Shown here piece after piece: positions 10,305-22,763 of a DNA stretch of 64,000 bases. The DNA lies in assembly GCA_001949185.1 (NCBI GenBank), contig BDGG01000003.1, positions 2,711,158 to 2,775,157 of the forward strand, given 5' to 3'. The translations under genes were made by a program, and so were the position numbers. Position 1 is the stretch's first letter; each line of letters opens with the position of its first letter. The notes beneath the pieces were generated by a model. It saw only the letters and a program-made list of their open reading frames with translations, did not search any database and had not been told where the DNA came from. Origin of the DNA: Ramazzottius varieornatus. Taxonomy: Eukaryota; Animalia; Tardigrada.

Positions 10305-11575
10305 TTATTGCAAACGCAACAGAGGAAGTTTGGTATTACAGTTCGCGTGATAGATCTTTGGAGTTTTGTTACAAACATGATATGACTTGAACTCATGGGC
10401 AAAGCCGTTATTTTTCCACCAGGCACACAGCTGGCGATTCCATTCGCAAGGTAATACGTAAAACCACTGAGGGTACTCAAACCCCAGCAAAGAGAAAGTA
10501 TCTTGGTTGCTCAAGTTTCCCTGAAGTTCATATTTGGCCGTCAAGTTCAGGATGGAAGCTTTGGCGAGGACGGACGAAAACTTCTTGTTAGACCGCATTT
10601 TGTCCAGGTCGAACAAAATCACACCAGTGTTGAAACCCGGATGGCCCTTGTTTGGAGGTTCCCCGACTGTCGTATTTGGGTGGGTCGTCCGAAAGGACTC
10701 CAGAGCGTGACGATAAACCGGTTGCTGCTCATACGCAAGACCTAAAACAAACCAAGGCAAGTTAGAAGACAAAATCGGTATCAGCGGATAGAACGCAATG
10801 GTAGATCGTTACAAACGCTCACCAATCAGCTGATCCGGAGAGAACCTCTCGAAATGCTTGAAGAGCAAAGAAAAATCCGCCTGAAATGCGATGTCGACGT
10901 CCACATAAAGTACTTGATGGTGGAAAGGAAGCAATTTGTGCATCACGATCGATAGGAGGAAAACGTTATGGCTATAGCTGGAGTCGTTTGAGCGGAAGCG
11001 TTCCTGAAGCGGCTGAATATCTTTGGCTGTTATCAGCAGGGCGTCTTCGAGGTCCAGGAAGGATATCTGGAAGAAACATTGGAAGATAGCATTAAAACCA
11101 GCCTTCCATGCAGTAACAAGGTTCATTGTTTACGTACTCGCACTCTTGCTTTGTCCGAGGTGACGTTCCTCTTTATCACAGATTCCGCAACGTCAAAGCT
11201 TTTCCTGTCACTGATGAAGATCAGGTTGACTGGTGCGGTGGCAAAGGCGAACATACTCCGTAAACAGCGTATAAGTTTATGCACTAAGGTCCAATTCCTG
11301 TCAGCACTGGTGAATATAACGACAACTGGTACGTAGGCATCTGCGCTTGGTAGAGTCGTCGTAGTTGGCGGAGGCACTTTGGAAGCCATGGAAGTGTCCG
11401 CAGGAGTGCCAGCAAAAGCTGACGATGCTTCGCTTTCCTCAGGCCGAACTGCATACTGCGTAAGTGGTTCCTCGTGTATCAAGACAAATGTTACTGCCCA
11501 GATGCAAGCAGCCAGGGTGATCGTGAGAAGAAGGCATCTTCGACGGGTTATTAGTGGAGTGATCAGAGGTACCAT
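10305..11575 (-). CDS. XXYLT1: Xyloside xylosyltransferase 1-like (GT8), 3 exons
   Basis: N-terminal TM, DxD motif (LYVDVD), GLAYEQQPVYRH, PGFNTGVILFDL, LPCEWNRQLC.WW and KIYHANC. Confidence 0.85.
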
Positions 11576-11911
11576 TACGTCTCCATCTGGGTATGGTCGC
11601 TGTCATCGTCCGCGATGTGGATCAGACGGTCTTCTCAAAGCCCTCTGCATTCCTTAACGTATCCGCAGGGTGGTAATCGTATAATGGTTTCGAGTTTCGA
11701 CTGAGTAGGCGGGCAGTGCAGGGGATCGGGGGGAATAGCCGGACATCAGAACTGACCGGAAGTGGCTCTATTTGATGTAAAGATGCAGGAATGAAGACTT
11801 CCGAATAACATCCCACACGTAGCTGGGCTTCTGGAGGTTGCCAAATGCGTGTGACGCTAAGGCTTATAAATGAGGAATGCTGCAGACAACGCAGGTGTAG
11901 ATTAGAAGATA

Positions 11912-13856
11912 CAGTGTACGCCAATATGGTCACCCGAAACTGGGCGGAGTTTTTGGGCGCTAACCACAACGCCGACAACCAATGAACAACAGCCAACTGC
12001 TGGATTTATTTATTTTACAATGAGCAGAACACTAACAGTAAAACAGAAACGTATACCATAAAACAGGAAATCTCATGAGGTAAAACACGAAAGACAACCG
12101 AAAATGAAATTATGAGTTCAGTAAGGGATGCGAGCACCGGAGTTGGTGATACACTCAGTCATTCTCCTGTACATCGAGCTCACCAGGTTGCTGCAGTACT
12201 CGGGAGTAACAATTACCTTCCATGCTTCCTGAATTAGATTGTCAAGCTCCTCAAGATCTTTCGGTCTTCGATCGCAGACATACATATTCATTTTTCCCCA
12301 GACATTCTCGATGACATTGAGGTCTGGCGATCTAGACGGCCATGTCAACACCTAAAAGAAGTACGAAAAATTTGTGTACTTGTGTTTATCCAAAAACAAG
12401 ATATATTGTGTAACATGGGCGTATCAGATAAAAAGCACTATTGTTTTACGAGAAACAAACTTTGAATGAGTCCACTCATCCGCCTTCGCGCCTAACACCC
12501 TTCCGCAACGTTTTCGCTCGGTTCGACAACCGATTGGTCTGCTCTAGTAAATTTAAAAATTGAAAACAGAAATATTAAAATACTGTTTAATAAAAAGCGT
12601 ACTTACTTATATTCCTTCTCGCCAGAAAAATTGACCCATCCGTCTAGAGGTGTGCACTGGACACTTGTCTTGCTGGAACACCAAATCCCGACCATGCTTC
12701 TCAAGATACGGAAGTAGTCGCTCGAACAAAACTTCTTCGTAGGCGCCCGAATCTATTCGACCGTCAACCCGAATTAACGCTACAGGTCCACATGCTGTGA
12801 TGGCACCCCACAACATTATCCCGCCTTTAATGCGCGTAGCTACGGCGACTTGCAAGTCTTTATCGTGACGGTTTTCCTCTTTCAAGTATCAGCACTACAA
12901 CGATAAGTGATAAGTATATCGAATTTATCAGATTCATTAAACGCGTTAACGTGTTAAATTTAACAGGCACCTTGCGTTTTCGACGAAAGCCTTAAACAAT
13001 TGACCAAGCAGTTGAAGAATGGTTCCGAATGACAAACTTGCTTCTCGAAGATCTTAATATTTCAAGAGCAGAGATTCATGAATTCAGAAGGTTAATATTA
13101 TTTACCTCGATCTTACCACCGTGCAAGTTGAAACGAACTTCATCACTAAAAGCCACATCATGGAACAGGGTGGGGTTTTCCAGGAGTTGTTCACGCTGGA
13201 ACAGGCACCAGAATACCCGGTTGTCTTTGTGCTCCTACGTTAACTCGTCGAGAACAGCGTCGGATCGACGAGTCTTAAACTCACGAAGCCGATTCAGCAA
13301 CGTCCGGTGGGCGAGTCCAGCTTCGACGGCGATCTTGGCCGCACTCAGCTCCCGCTTTGCCTGAACGAGCACAAGCATTTCGGCGTCCCGCTCCCCGCTC
13401 GTGATACGAGATCGTCCCTTGGGTTTCACCACTTTCCGCTTCTTGGTTTCGGGATCATAATTCTCGATGACGTTCTTCACCCACTTGTGGTCATTTCCCA
13501 TCACACGCCCAACAGCACTCAGATTCTTGTTTTTCTCTGAAAACAACTTAAAAACAACGCTGACAAGGGTTGGGTCCACTGGTATACCACGAACCATCTT
13601 GGATTCACAAAAAGATATCAGAATTTGCGACCGAAAGGATCTGGAGCTGAAAGGATCACTCGGTAATACAGCTCAGTATATCGCACTACCGGCTGTTGCG
13701 CAACAGGTTCATTAGCAATCAGCTGTGCCTATTTACGTTTAATCAACCATGTCTATCCAACCAGATCGCTTTTCCTGGTTTTTAACTGGTCGTCTGCGGC
13801 TTGGCTGACGCCCAAAAACTTCGCCCAGTTTCGGGTGACCATATTGGCGTACACTG
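11912..13856 (-). mobile_element. Full-length Tc1-family transposon (DD34E), 1945 bp
   Basis: TIR CAGTGTACGCCAATATGGTCACCCGAAACTGGGCG at both ends, TA TSD, and an internal transposase gene. Confidence 0.95.
12118..13597 (-). pseudogene. Tc1 transposase gene, 3 exons, three in-frame stops
   Basis: HTH and GRSR linker, VAFSDE, IMLWGAI, FQQD...WPSRSPDLNVIE (D34E after splicing). Introns at 13105-12895 and 12606-12352. Stops are TAG 13235-13237, TGA 12889-12891 and TAA 12607-12609. Confidence 0.9.
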
Positions 13857-14934
13857 TAATCTGGAACTACTCCGAACTAGAACTGGAAGACATTGTCGAA
13901 ATTAACAACATTAAGTCGGAACTCTCAATGCAATCAACCGCTTGCCACGAGATACCGTGTTTTTGGAGTTTAGTGTCAATTTGTCAGAGCCACCGAGGAG
14001 CTGCTGTACCTCGCCTTGCCGGTAGTGATGTTGGCATAAGGGTATCGCCACCTGATATAATCTTACTTTAATAAGCCCGGGCTGCCAGAGTTCCAATATA
14101 ATCTCAACACAATATGCCCCGACCGCAGAGCGTCTAATATAATGTTAGTATACTAACTGGTGTCGCTGGGTTCTTATTATAATATATTATTATATTTCTG
14201 TCATTTCTAGATCCACGTGTCAACGGGAAAAAATTACTTTCTTCCTTAACAATTTCATCAGTAAAGCAGTTCTATCCAGATCCAGCAATAAAAAGGTCTT
14301 GAATTATTACTTGAAAGTACTACCAAGGAACCGTCCGAAAATAACAGCAGTTTTGTTATCTCTTCTGCCTGGGTTTCTGGAAATTCCCTTTTCTCAAGCC
14401 GTTCTTTCAAGCGCGATTCTGCAAGCGCATTGCAAAATCGCGTTGCAATGCATTTTTTACAGCGCGGATGGCGGGTATGTAACTGAGTCCCAGAAATCGT
14501 AGTCCTACACTCACCAATCAAATTAGCTGCTTCAATCAAGTCGCCAAGTTCGAACGCTCATGAGTTTAACACACGCGCAGGTGGTTGATGCGTGAGATTT
14601 ACTGGCATACAGCCCACTGCGCACAGTTTCACGCTTATTGCGGACGCAAATGAAGCATTACTTTAATCAACTGAAGCCAAAATCCGCAATTTAATAATTT
14701 TAATATAGAACGCCCTGCGGCTTGAGTTTAATATGATAATACTATCTCTGGCTTTCATCTAATGCAAGACTAATAAATATTCCACCTCAGCCGCGGCATC
14801 TAATAAATGTTAATACGATACATTAGATGCAAAAAGCATCCTATAAGTTTTAATTTAGAATAATACTTATATATACCAGCATCACTAATTGCCGGAGAGT
14901 GGGATAAGGTTCAAGCGGTTGATTGATTGTCTTA

Positions 14935-15103
14935 CAGTGCACCGAAAATTTAACCGTCGATAATGGGCGTGACAATTGAACGGGAGCTTAATCATTTTGT
15001 GACCAGCAACAGTCTTAGTTCGCCGCATGCGCAAATCTTATTGGCCATTTTCATCTGGCTCCTTCTAGTACCCATTTTCGACGGTTAATTTTTTTCTACA
15101 CTG
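14935..15103. mobile_element. TA-flanked MITE (169 bp)
   Basis: Imperfect ~33-bp TIR CAGTG....AAAA.TTAACCGTCGA.AATGGG, with TA on both sides. Confidence 0.75.
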
Positions 15104-15212
15104 TATGCGAATATGGACGCGGAACAACTGTTCGTTACGTTACCCACTATGAAGCCAAATGAATAAATGAATAAAATCAATTGAACAAACCTTTCCGTCG
15201 GATTCTCCAGAG

Positions 15213-16199
15213 TAAGGATGTTAATTATCCATCCACAACGGATTTATCCGGATATATCCGGATAAAACCTGGACTGGATGAGAATTTTATCCATCCAGCT
15301 CCTAATCGGATAAAACTCTTATCCATCCGGATATGATCCGGATAACATCTCTATCCATCCGAGGTTTATCCGGATAAACCTACCTGAATCAATAAAACAG
15401 ACAATCAAAGCAGAACAGCCCAACTCGTTTTGCTAACGTTCCGTTGCAATCCGAAAGAATCGTAACGATGCGCAATCTTTTTACTGTTACAAGCCAACCG
15501 GAAGTCAGCTTATTGAACATTGTTTCTCGTTACACTCTTCCGTTCTTACGAACTATAGCTCGTGCTATTTGTAAGTTGTTTTTATTGCAGCCAAAGAGGA
15601 AGTTCCGACATTGCCGAGAAGTCTACTGCTCCACCTCCGAATACGCAGCTGTCTATCTGCGAACGGATGATAGCGCAAGTCACTTCGGCAGCAGACTCCC
15701 AGCTTAACGAAGATGACCAATTCTTCCTGGATCCAAAGGAATCAGTCAAAAGAGATGTCCTGGAATTTTTGAGCATGTCGGAAAGCCTCTATCCGACATT
15801 GTACCGCATTGCGAAGAATGTTCTGGCTGCACAGGCTTCTTCTGTGCCTCCTGAGAGTGCCTTCTCTGGTTGTGGTCGATACGTTACAGTCCTTCGTAAC
15901 CGCCTAGAACCTGAGGCCCTTCAAGCCATGTTATGTCTGAACTCTTGAACGGTGGTTTTTGCAGCTATGGTAGCAATGATGACAGACGATGAATAGATAC
16001 GCTACAAAGTTTGGTAGTTTCGGTTTGGCTCTAGTGATTGAACATATAGTTTGTATCTAATTGGTTTAACCGGATAATATTCGGATAATGCGGATAAAAG
16101 CTTTATCCAAGAAGCTGGATACGGATAAACCTTTTATCCATATAAATGGTATCCGGATAAGTTCTTATCCATCCGTTTATCCATCCATTAACAACCCTA
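15213..16199 (+). mobile_element. Internally deleted non-autonomous hAT transposon
   Basis: TIR TA(A/G)GG(A/T)TGTTAAT and 8-bp TSD CTCC(A/C)GAG. Dense subterminal GGATA/TATCC repeats at both ends. A hAT dimerisation-domain fragment (YPTLYRIAKNVLAAQASSVPPESAFS...RNRL) lies in ORF 15562..15948. Confidence 0.9.
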
Positions 16200-16749
16200 C
16201 TCCCGAGTAAGCCATTACACAGGGAAGCATTTTTCGAATGTTTTGGAGCTATTAAATCTGAGTATAATGCTTTCCGTGATGCGGATCAGAGTATTTCTGC
16301 AATTTATGCTTCGTAAAAAGTCAGCTCGGGACTTGATTCTCCGACCTTCGATTTGTTTTGATGGGTGTTTATTCCATATCTACGGCGTCTGCTGAGTCAG
16401 TCCGCATTTTGGCACGCCGTTGTTTGGAAACGGCAACGTAATGCAGCTCTACAGTGGTCTAAGCCGTTGATTGACGATCTTGGCGGAGCTTCTTCATCGT
16501 TCGCTCTTCAGTTCTTCTCCATTCCGATTTCCGTTTTTTTTCCTAATCCCATCGTCTTCCCAAGTTCCTCACACAGTCGGGTTTGTTGCGGCGAACTTCT
16601 TCATACATGGTTGCTTCCTGCAGGCACTACGACCTTCTTGACAACTACTCATCACATTCGGATATCAGAATTCATCCTTCGCCTTCGCTGTTTCGTAGCC
16701 GGAACTCATCAGCTGCTCATCGGAAGTCAGACGAGCGCTCGTCTCAGTG

Positions 16750-17881
16750 ATGCTCCTACGGTGTGTACCCCAATGTATATCGGGGCGTGTACATCATCTG
16801 CTCCGGTCAACATACCGTCCTCTTCACTACGGTACTGCCTGTTCAGCCGCCGAAGCCTTTCCACAAATGCGGAGGAGTGTGACGGAAGATTTGATGAGGC
16901 AAGAGCAGACTGTGCCGTCCGCCGAACCTGTCATCGCTCCCGTTTCCTCTTCTCCAGGTATGTGTACGGTGTTAATCTCGATAAGTTCCTGCTGAAGAGC
17001 CGAGACCATGTTCAGATTTTCTTATGAGCGTTTCACATCTGTTCATGTTGGTTGTTTTCCGGTACTCGTATATATACAGCGTTCTCCTTTTTCATTGCAG
17101 AAGACATGCTGAAACATCCCGATTACTTCAACGTACGGAAACTCTTCACAACCAAAGACCTCTTCCAGGCCGGTGTGCACTTGGGGCACATGGAAGGCAC
17201 ATTGAACGACCGGATGAGGCAGTTCATATTCGGAAAGCGGTTTAATCAGCTGGTGATAGATCTGGACCAAACTGCCGAATACCTCCGTGACGCTCTGAAT
17301 GTCCTTTCGCACATCGTTTACCGTGGAGGAATTGTTCTTTTCGTATGTCGCCATCGTCAGAATGGTTACTTGGTGGAACAGATGGCGATCGAGGCCGGCG
17401 AATACTCCCACACAAGGTAATAAGACAATGTTGTACACAGTGAGGCAGATAGGGTAAATCGGTCACCACGAATCGCGCTTCCTTAAGGGTGACCGAGTTA
17501 TACTTCATGCCTCGACGATTTCGAGCTGCAGTGGGCTGATTGGACCTCTCTTCCTTCAGATATTGGAGAGGCGGTATTCTCACGAACTCGACGGCGGTCT
17601 TCCAGTCCGTAACCCGTCTTCCTGACCTTCTGGTATTCTTTTCCACACAGAACAGTGTGTTGGAGCAACACTTGGCGGTTGACCAGGCAGCGCTGATGAA
17701 TATTCCAACGATTGGTATAGTTGACACGAACTGTAATCCAAATTTGATAACGTACCCCATACCTGGTAACGATGATTCTCCGGCTACTGTTGCTTTTTAT
17801 TGTTATTTATTCAAAACAGCTGTTCTTAATGCGAAGAAGAAAAAGAAGGAAGACGACGCTCGCGAACAACGAGCCCAGTAA
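16750..17881 (+). CDS. MRPS2: Mitochondrial ribosomal protein S2 (uS2m), 3 exons
   Basis: Basic transit peptide, HPDYFNV..LF.AGVHLGH, IDLDQT, YWRGGILTN, RLPDL and IPTIGIVDTNCNPNLITYPIPGNDDS. Exons 16750-16957, 17101-17416 and 17560-17881. Confidence 0.95.
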
Positions 17882-18588
17882 TCTTCCATGGGTCTTGTTT
17901 TATACGTTGGGTATTTACTGGACGACGGTAAACTTGGCTGTCGATGAGTAACATGGTGTGAAAGCCTGAAAGTGGAAATATACGTTGGTGAAAGTGATAA
18001 AACAATCTATGTGGGACACTCCGTGGTTCTTCTTTCCAAGTCGAGCCGCAGTATCGAACACTTCTTGGTGAGACAGCGATTGCGAGAGTCCAGCAGCTTT
18101 TTGGGAGTCCTTCAAAATTTCAGGATACAGTAACCGAAAAAATAGGGAAACCCACATGATACGGGCCAGAGACCTTGACCAGAAATTTCTGAAACGATCC
18201 TCGAAATACTCCGGAAGTTGGGACTTGGCAGGAAAGACAATAGATGCGCCAGTTCGGAGACCCACCACGAACGTGCATACCGTGTGTCCAGCAATCAAAG
18301 ACCACATTTCTGTTCTACCATTCATTGTCGACTCCTCCAAGTGCGCTTTTGGTATACCTTAAATTTTCCACCAATCGCCTAACCGCTTGAGGCTAATACA
18401 GGGTTCATTGCGCTCTCAATGTCACGTTCTGGAAACCTGTTCCTTTCCTCCGCGATCGACCTATACCTAGCCATAACATTCTTCCGTGATCAGCAACCGA
18501 TTGATGGTAAGTACACATAGCTTCTTCATCGTCTGAGTTCGATACTAAACCTTGGTTCTGGATAGTTGCAGATGGCTTTCTTTTCCGT

Positions 18589-20165
18589 ATGGCGAGACCG
18601 AGCTGGAGAATCATCGGGATTACCGGTCTCATTTTCTTCTTCGCCCAGTCCGTAATCCTTTCCATCTATCGTCGTGCTTCGGAGATACAAGAGCAGATGC
18701 GAGAAAAGGTTGAACATGCTCGCTCCATCGGGATCGAGAGTCTCTTGTCGGACGCACCAGTATCAGCGAAGATAGTAAAGATGAGAAAACGGATCGAGAT
18801 ACTCAATCAGCAACAGGTGGTTCAGAATACTGACCAGTTCGGGAGCTTCGCTTCACAATCGGATTCACCGGTGTTTGTTGTTCAAGTCCACGATCGAGTA
18901 TTATATCTCTCGTCTCTGATCGAAGCGCTCGGAAATGTTCAGGGAATTGAAGAGTGCTTGCTAGTGTTCAGCCATGACATCATCTCGAACGAAATCAACG
19001 CTGTCATTCGGAATATCACCTTCGCTAGAGTTCTCCAGATATACTACCCTTACACCATGCAGCTGTTTCCAATGGGTTATCCCGGTAAAGGTACGTTCAC
19101 GATGACATATACGTTTTGTTGATTCCGCGGCTTACGTCCGTTAATTAAATTACACAGGTTTGCAAGATCGACTTCCGGTCGACAACACTTATAAGGGAGC
19201 AACATTATTGTTATTATTACCACTATAGTATTACCATTTTTGTTCCTAGATCCGAAAGGTGTTTCATTTCCGAAAGGCTACGGTCGTACTCCCGGCCTGG
19301 TCCAGATAAAGTTGCACTGGGTGTGGAAACTCACGCAGGTCTTCCGAGGCATCCGAGAACTGCGGAACCACACTGGTCCAAAGATCTTTCTGGTTCGTCG
19401 GTTCAAAGTCGTTTCCTCCATGGCACAAATAATGCACCTAATTCTAACTTTGTGTTGTCTCGTTCTAGGAGGATGATCATTACGTCTTGCCAGATGCACT
19501 TCACGTCCTTCGCCAAATTCTCACCATGCGGAAGACCTCCTGTCCGACTTGCCTGCCTATATTAGGCGGATACCCCACAGAGATGAACTTGCGATGGGAC
19601 CTTATCAGGCTAAGCCATTTTCAGTCCAGTGGTAACAACATGGGCATGGTGCTCGACCAGTCTTTCTGGAACACTTTCTATAAATGCGGCTTCGAGTTCT
19701 GTACCATTGACGACTACAACTGGGACTGGACTTTGGAGCATTTGAACCGGAAGTGCTTTCCGCAACCCCTAAAGATTCTCAAGGTGGACGCGCCGCGGGT
19801 ATGGCACGTGGGGGATTGCGGTACCCACTTCCGCCACTCCAAGTTCATTACCGGATGCCGGCTTACCCGACTGCAAAGTTCGCTGCACAAAGTGCGGAAG
19901 CTGGTGGAGCAGAAGAACGCGAGTATGTTCCCGGGGGAAATCAAGCAGATCTCGCCGCTCCAGCTTGGCTCACCGGATACTCCAGGTAAGCCTGAGAGGA
20001 GCAGCCTAGACCAAAGTAGAACGAAAATGGAATGAAGCCAAAAATAATTCGTCGTTTGTAGCTCCTTGGGGTGGATGGGGCGATCCGAGGGATCACGACT
20101 TATGCTTAGCCATTATCAAAGATTGGGACAAAGATTGGGACTCAGCCAGCGGACGCACTTCGTAG
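18589..20165 (+). CDS. MGAT2: Alpha-1,6-mannosyl-glycoprotein 2-beta-N-acetylglucosaminyltransferase (GnT-II, GT16)-like, 4 exons
   Basis: N-terminal TM, VVQVHDR, LLVFSHD, QIKLHWVWK, FLEDDHY, NMGM, FCTIDDYNWDWTL, PRVWHVGDCG.H and GGWGDPRDH.LC. Confidence 0.9.
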
Positions 20166-20634
20166 CTAACGAATCTACAACACCGCTGCTCAAACCAAGA
20201 TATTTTTCCATCTTTTTAGTTCAGGTTTGTTCAGTTTCAAATATTCTGTTGTAATAGTCCAGTAATTCTCTCGGGCAGTTTTCTACCGGGCCTGTTCCAG
20301 GTGAAAGGACCAGTGTATTTGGACTGACGAGGCAGCGTCTAACGTTTCAGCTATTATGTCATCTACAAATGATTGCACTAAGGCAATGCTGTTGAAGTCT
20401 TTCCCATGCTGTTCGTGAGTGATCTGGCACGAACTGCTGACAACAGAAGAAACAAAAGTGGGTCTAACCTTGACTTCCGGGTTCTTGCTGATGCGAAACG
20501 TGGCGTTGTTTGGCTTTTCCCTTACTCCAGCTTCCTGTGTACCTGTTTCCAGTCGCCTCACGCTCAAGTCCCCGTGGTCCAAGTTTCAGAAAGCGTTTCA
20601 TTACTTTGACTTGTACCTCCTATCGCCAATCGCA

Positions 20635-21249
20635 ATGGCTTCAAAGGCATACGTATGTTCGAAGTCTTTCTCGGTCTTCATCTTCCTGCTGACGAAGATA
20701 ATGCTCGGCCTTGCGCAAGTTGTAACTTCCCCCTTATCGTTGACTTCGGTCCCGCTCGGTCCTTTCGGCATCGAAGATGCTCCGACTTCCGCCATCTCCG
20801 TCATTGCCTTCTCTCCGACCACGGCCGTGACCACGGCGCAGCCCGCGGTATCGGATCCTGCGTCACCACCACCCGCCACGACGACACAGGCAACACCGCC
20901 ACCCACCGCTAACGTCGCGAACCCTGCTTCCGCCAACTCACTTCCTGGTCAGGCAGCCGACTTCATCCATACACTCAACCACGAGCAGCTCGTCTCCTTT
21001 CTGCAAATCATGTTGATGCAGAATGGGGCGCAGGCTTCACGTCCAGCACCCGCTGTGGACCCAACAGGTCTTCCACCCGCTCAGACTTCCAGCTTGAACG
21101 CTGACGACAAGAACGTGGTGGTGAACGTGAATGTGCATGGGACGAATGGCTATGGTCCTTCAACGAGCGGGTCTTCGCCCGGTTCTCCGCTCCTGCAGCT
21201 GACTATCTTCCGGAAAGCCGCAGCGAAGGGTCAGTGCTTTCAACCGTAG
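20635..21249 (+). CDS. Orphan secreted Pro/Thr/Ala-rich protein (single exon)
   Basis: Long ORF. The ATG at 20635 is followed by a hydrophobic signal-like segment (FSVFIFLLTKIMLGLA) and a mucin-like low-complexity region. Confidence 0.55.
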   Translation: MASKAYVCSKSFSVFIFLLTKIMLGLAQVVTSPLSLTSVPLGPFGIEDAPTSAISVIAFSPTTAVTTAQPAVSDPASPPPATTTQATPPPTANVANPASANSLPGQAADFIHTLNHEQLVSFLQIMLMQNGAQASRPAPAVDPTGLPPAQTSSLNADDKNVVVNVNVHGTNGYGPSTSGSSPGSPLLQLTIFRKAAAKGQCFQP

Positions 21250-22763
21250 TTTTGAAAATATTTGCGGTAACTTAGCTTTCTTCATTGACCTCCGTTTCAT
21301 GCATTGGGTGGTGTAGGTTTGCTTCGATCGGTGGATAAGTTTTCCCAGTCTGAACTCGGAAAGTACGTAACCGACCTTCACGGTTATTGGGCGTCCTCCA
21401 ACCCTGAAAAGCGTGTGAGGAACCGCTCTTTAGTGCAGCGTCACATTGATCATCTGAACGTGTCTTCCGGTATGTAATGCGCCAAGTACTTATCACCACT
21501 CATGATGTAATTGGCCTGTGATTAGTATTGGGCTTGACGTGTTGGTCAGGTGAGAGGAGATTTTTATTGACAAAATTCGAGGCGTTCGCCTGATTGATTT
21601 TGATTTGGGTATCCTGCTTTGCAGATCTAAAACAAGCCATCCGAGAAATCCTACCTGGATTACAGGAAACATAGCTTGGTGTTAATTCGTAAGACTCTTG
21701 ACGCGCACGTCAAAGTTGGAGCGTCGTTGGTCCCAACGCTTCCGGGATTGCTAATGATGGAAAACTTGTGATCATGTTCAGATCGTTTTTAAAATTACAT
21801 GGAAACTTGAACTTCCATTATCGACAAAACAGCCTGGGAACCGGGACTGTAACAAAATAAGCTTCTGAAGAGATTTTAGGACACTGTGGTCTGTAGAGAT
21901 CGTTGCGTCGGTGATATTCACGATAAATGATCGATCCCTTGTTTTTCCCATAGTCACACCTGGAGTTTTTTTCTGTTTCATTGAGTGTGTTATTCCGCCA
22001 GGTCATATCTGTTAGTCTTTTGTGTAGGAAGACTGTTGAGCCGGTGGAAGCGCACTCAGGAGCTGAAAGGAAAAAAGGCAGGCGTCTTACCAAGATGCCG
22101 TTTTACGACTTAAAAGACGGAGGTGTACGTCATCAATACGGGTGATCCAGTAGGCAGTCCAAACCCGGCAGTCCATAGTCCATACTATGTGTAGGAAGCG
22201 AGGTTGCCGTCACTGACCATAAACTCAAGGTTCCTTTAACTGAGCGAAACGAATTCATCAGACTAAACAAGATTAATGGCACTAGTTTTTTTGAAGACAG
22301 GGCGTAAGTTCATTGTTGCGGATACGCGTCATGGGACCGTCCTCTGCCTTATTGATTTTTCATGCTTAGCCCATCCGACGGAGCCTTCGTCTCCGTTTCC
22401 GTGTTGGGAGTTGAACTAATCCACGACCCGAGACTTCTATTTATGGCGCTGTAAACAATTTCCTTCTCCAGGTTGTCAGTTTACCGGTGATCTATCACGA
22501 GCGCCATTAGTAAAGACTTTGATGAATATTCAAGGTATCACATTTCTGGCGTATGCATTTCAATGGAGAGAAAAGTATTCCAAGCCGGCTTCTGTTGAAA
22601 AATGAAACATACCGCAGTAATCTCAACCGTCATATGGGAGCCTTCGCGATCACGAGATCAGTTGATTCCCACTTCCGCCTTCATGAAATTTGAAAAATAG
22701 GGATACTATCAATTACTCTTTGCGCGACTTAGATGGCGGGTTTCATCTGGCCAAACAGCTAAG

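Noticed and set aside
12118-13597. Alternative genetic code or readthrough to explain in-frame stops in Tc1, THAP and PLD3
   Set aside because: All three stop types occur, and the housekeeping genes use the standard code. Ordinary pseudogenisation explains them.
16365-17027. 220-aa ORF
   Set aside because: It starts at GTG, overlaps MRPS2 exon 1 in another frame and has no motif.
17915-18340. 141-aa minus-strand ORF between MRPS2 and MGAT2
   Set aside because: No domain recognised, and I could not build a convincing spliced model. A small gene is not excluded.
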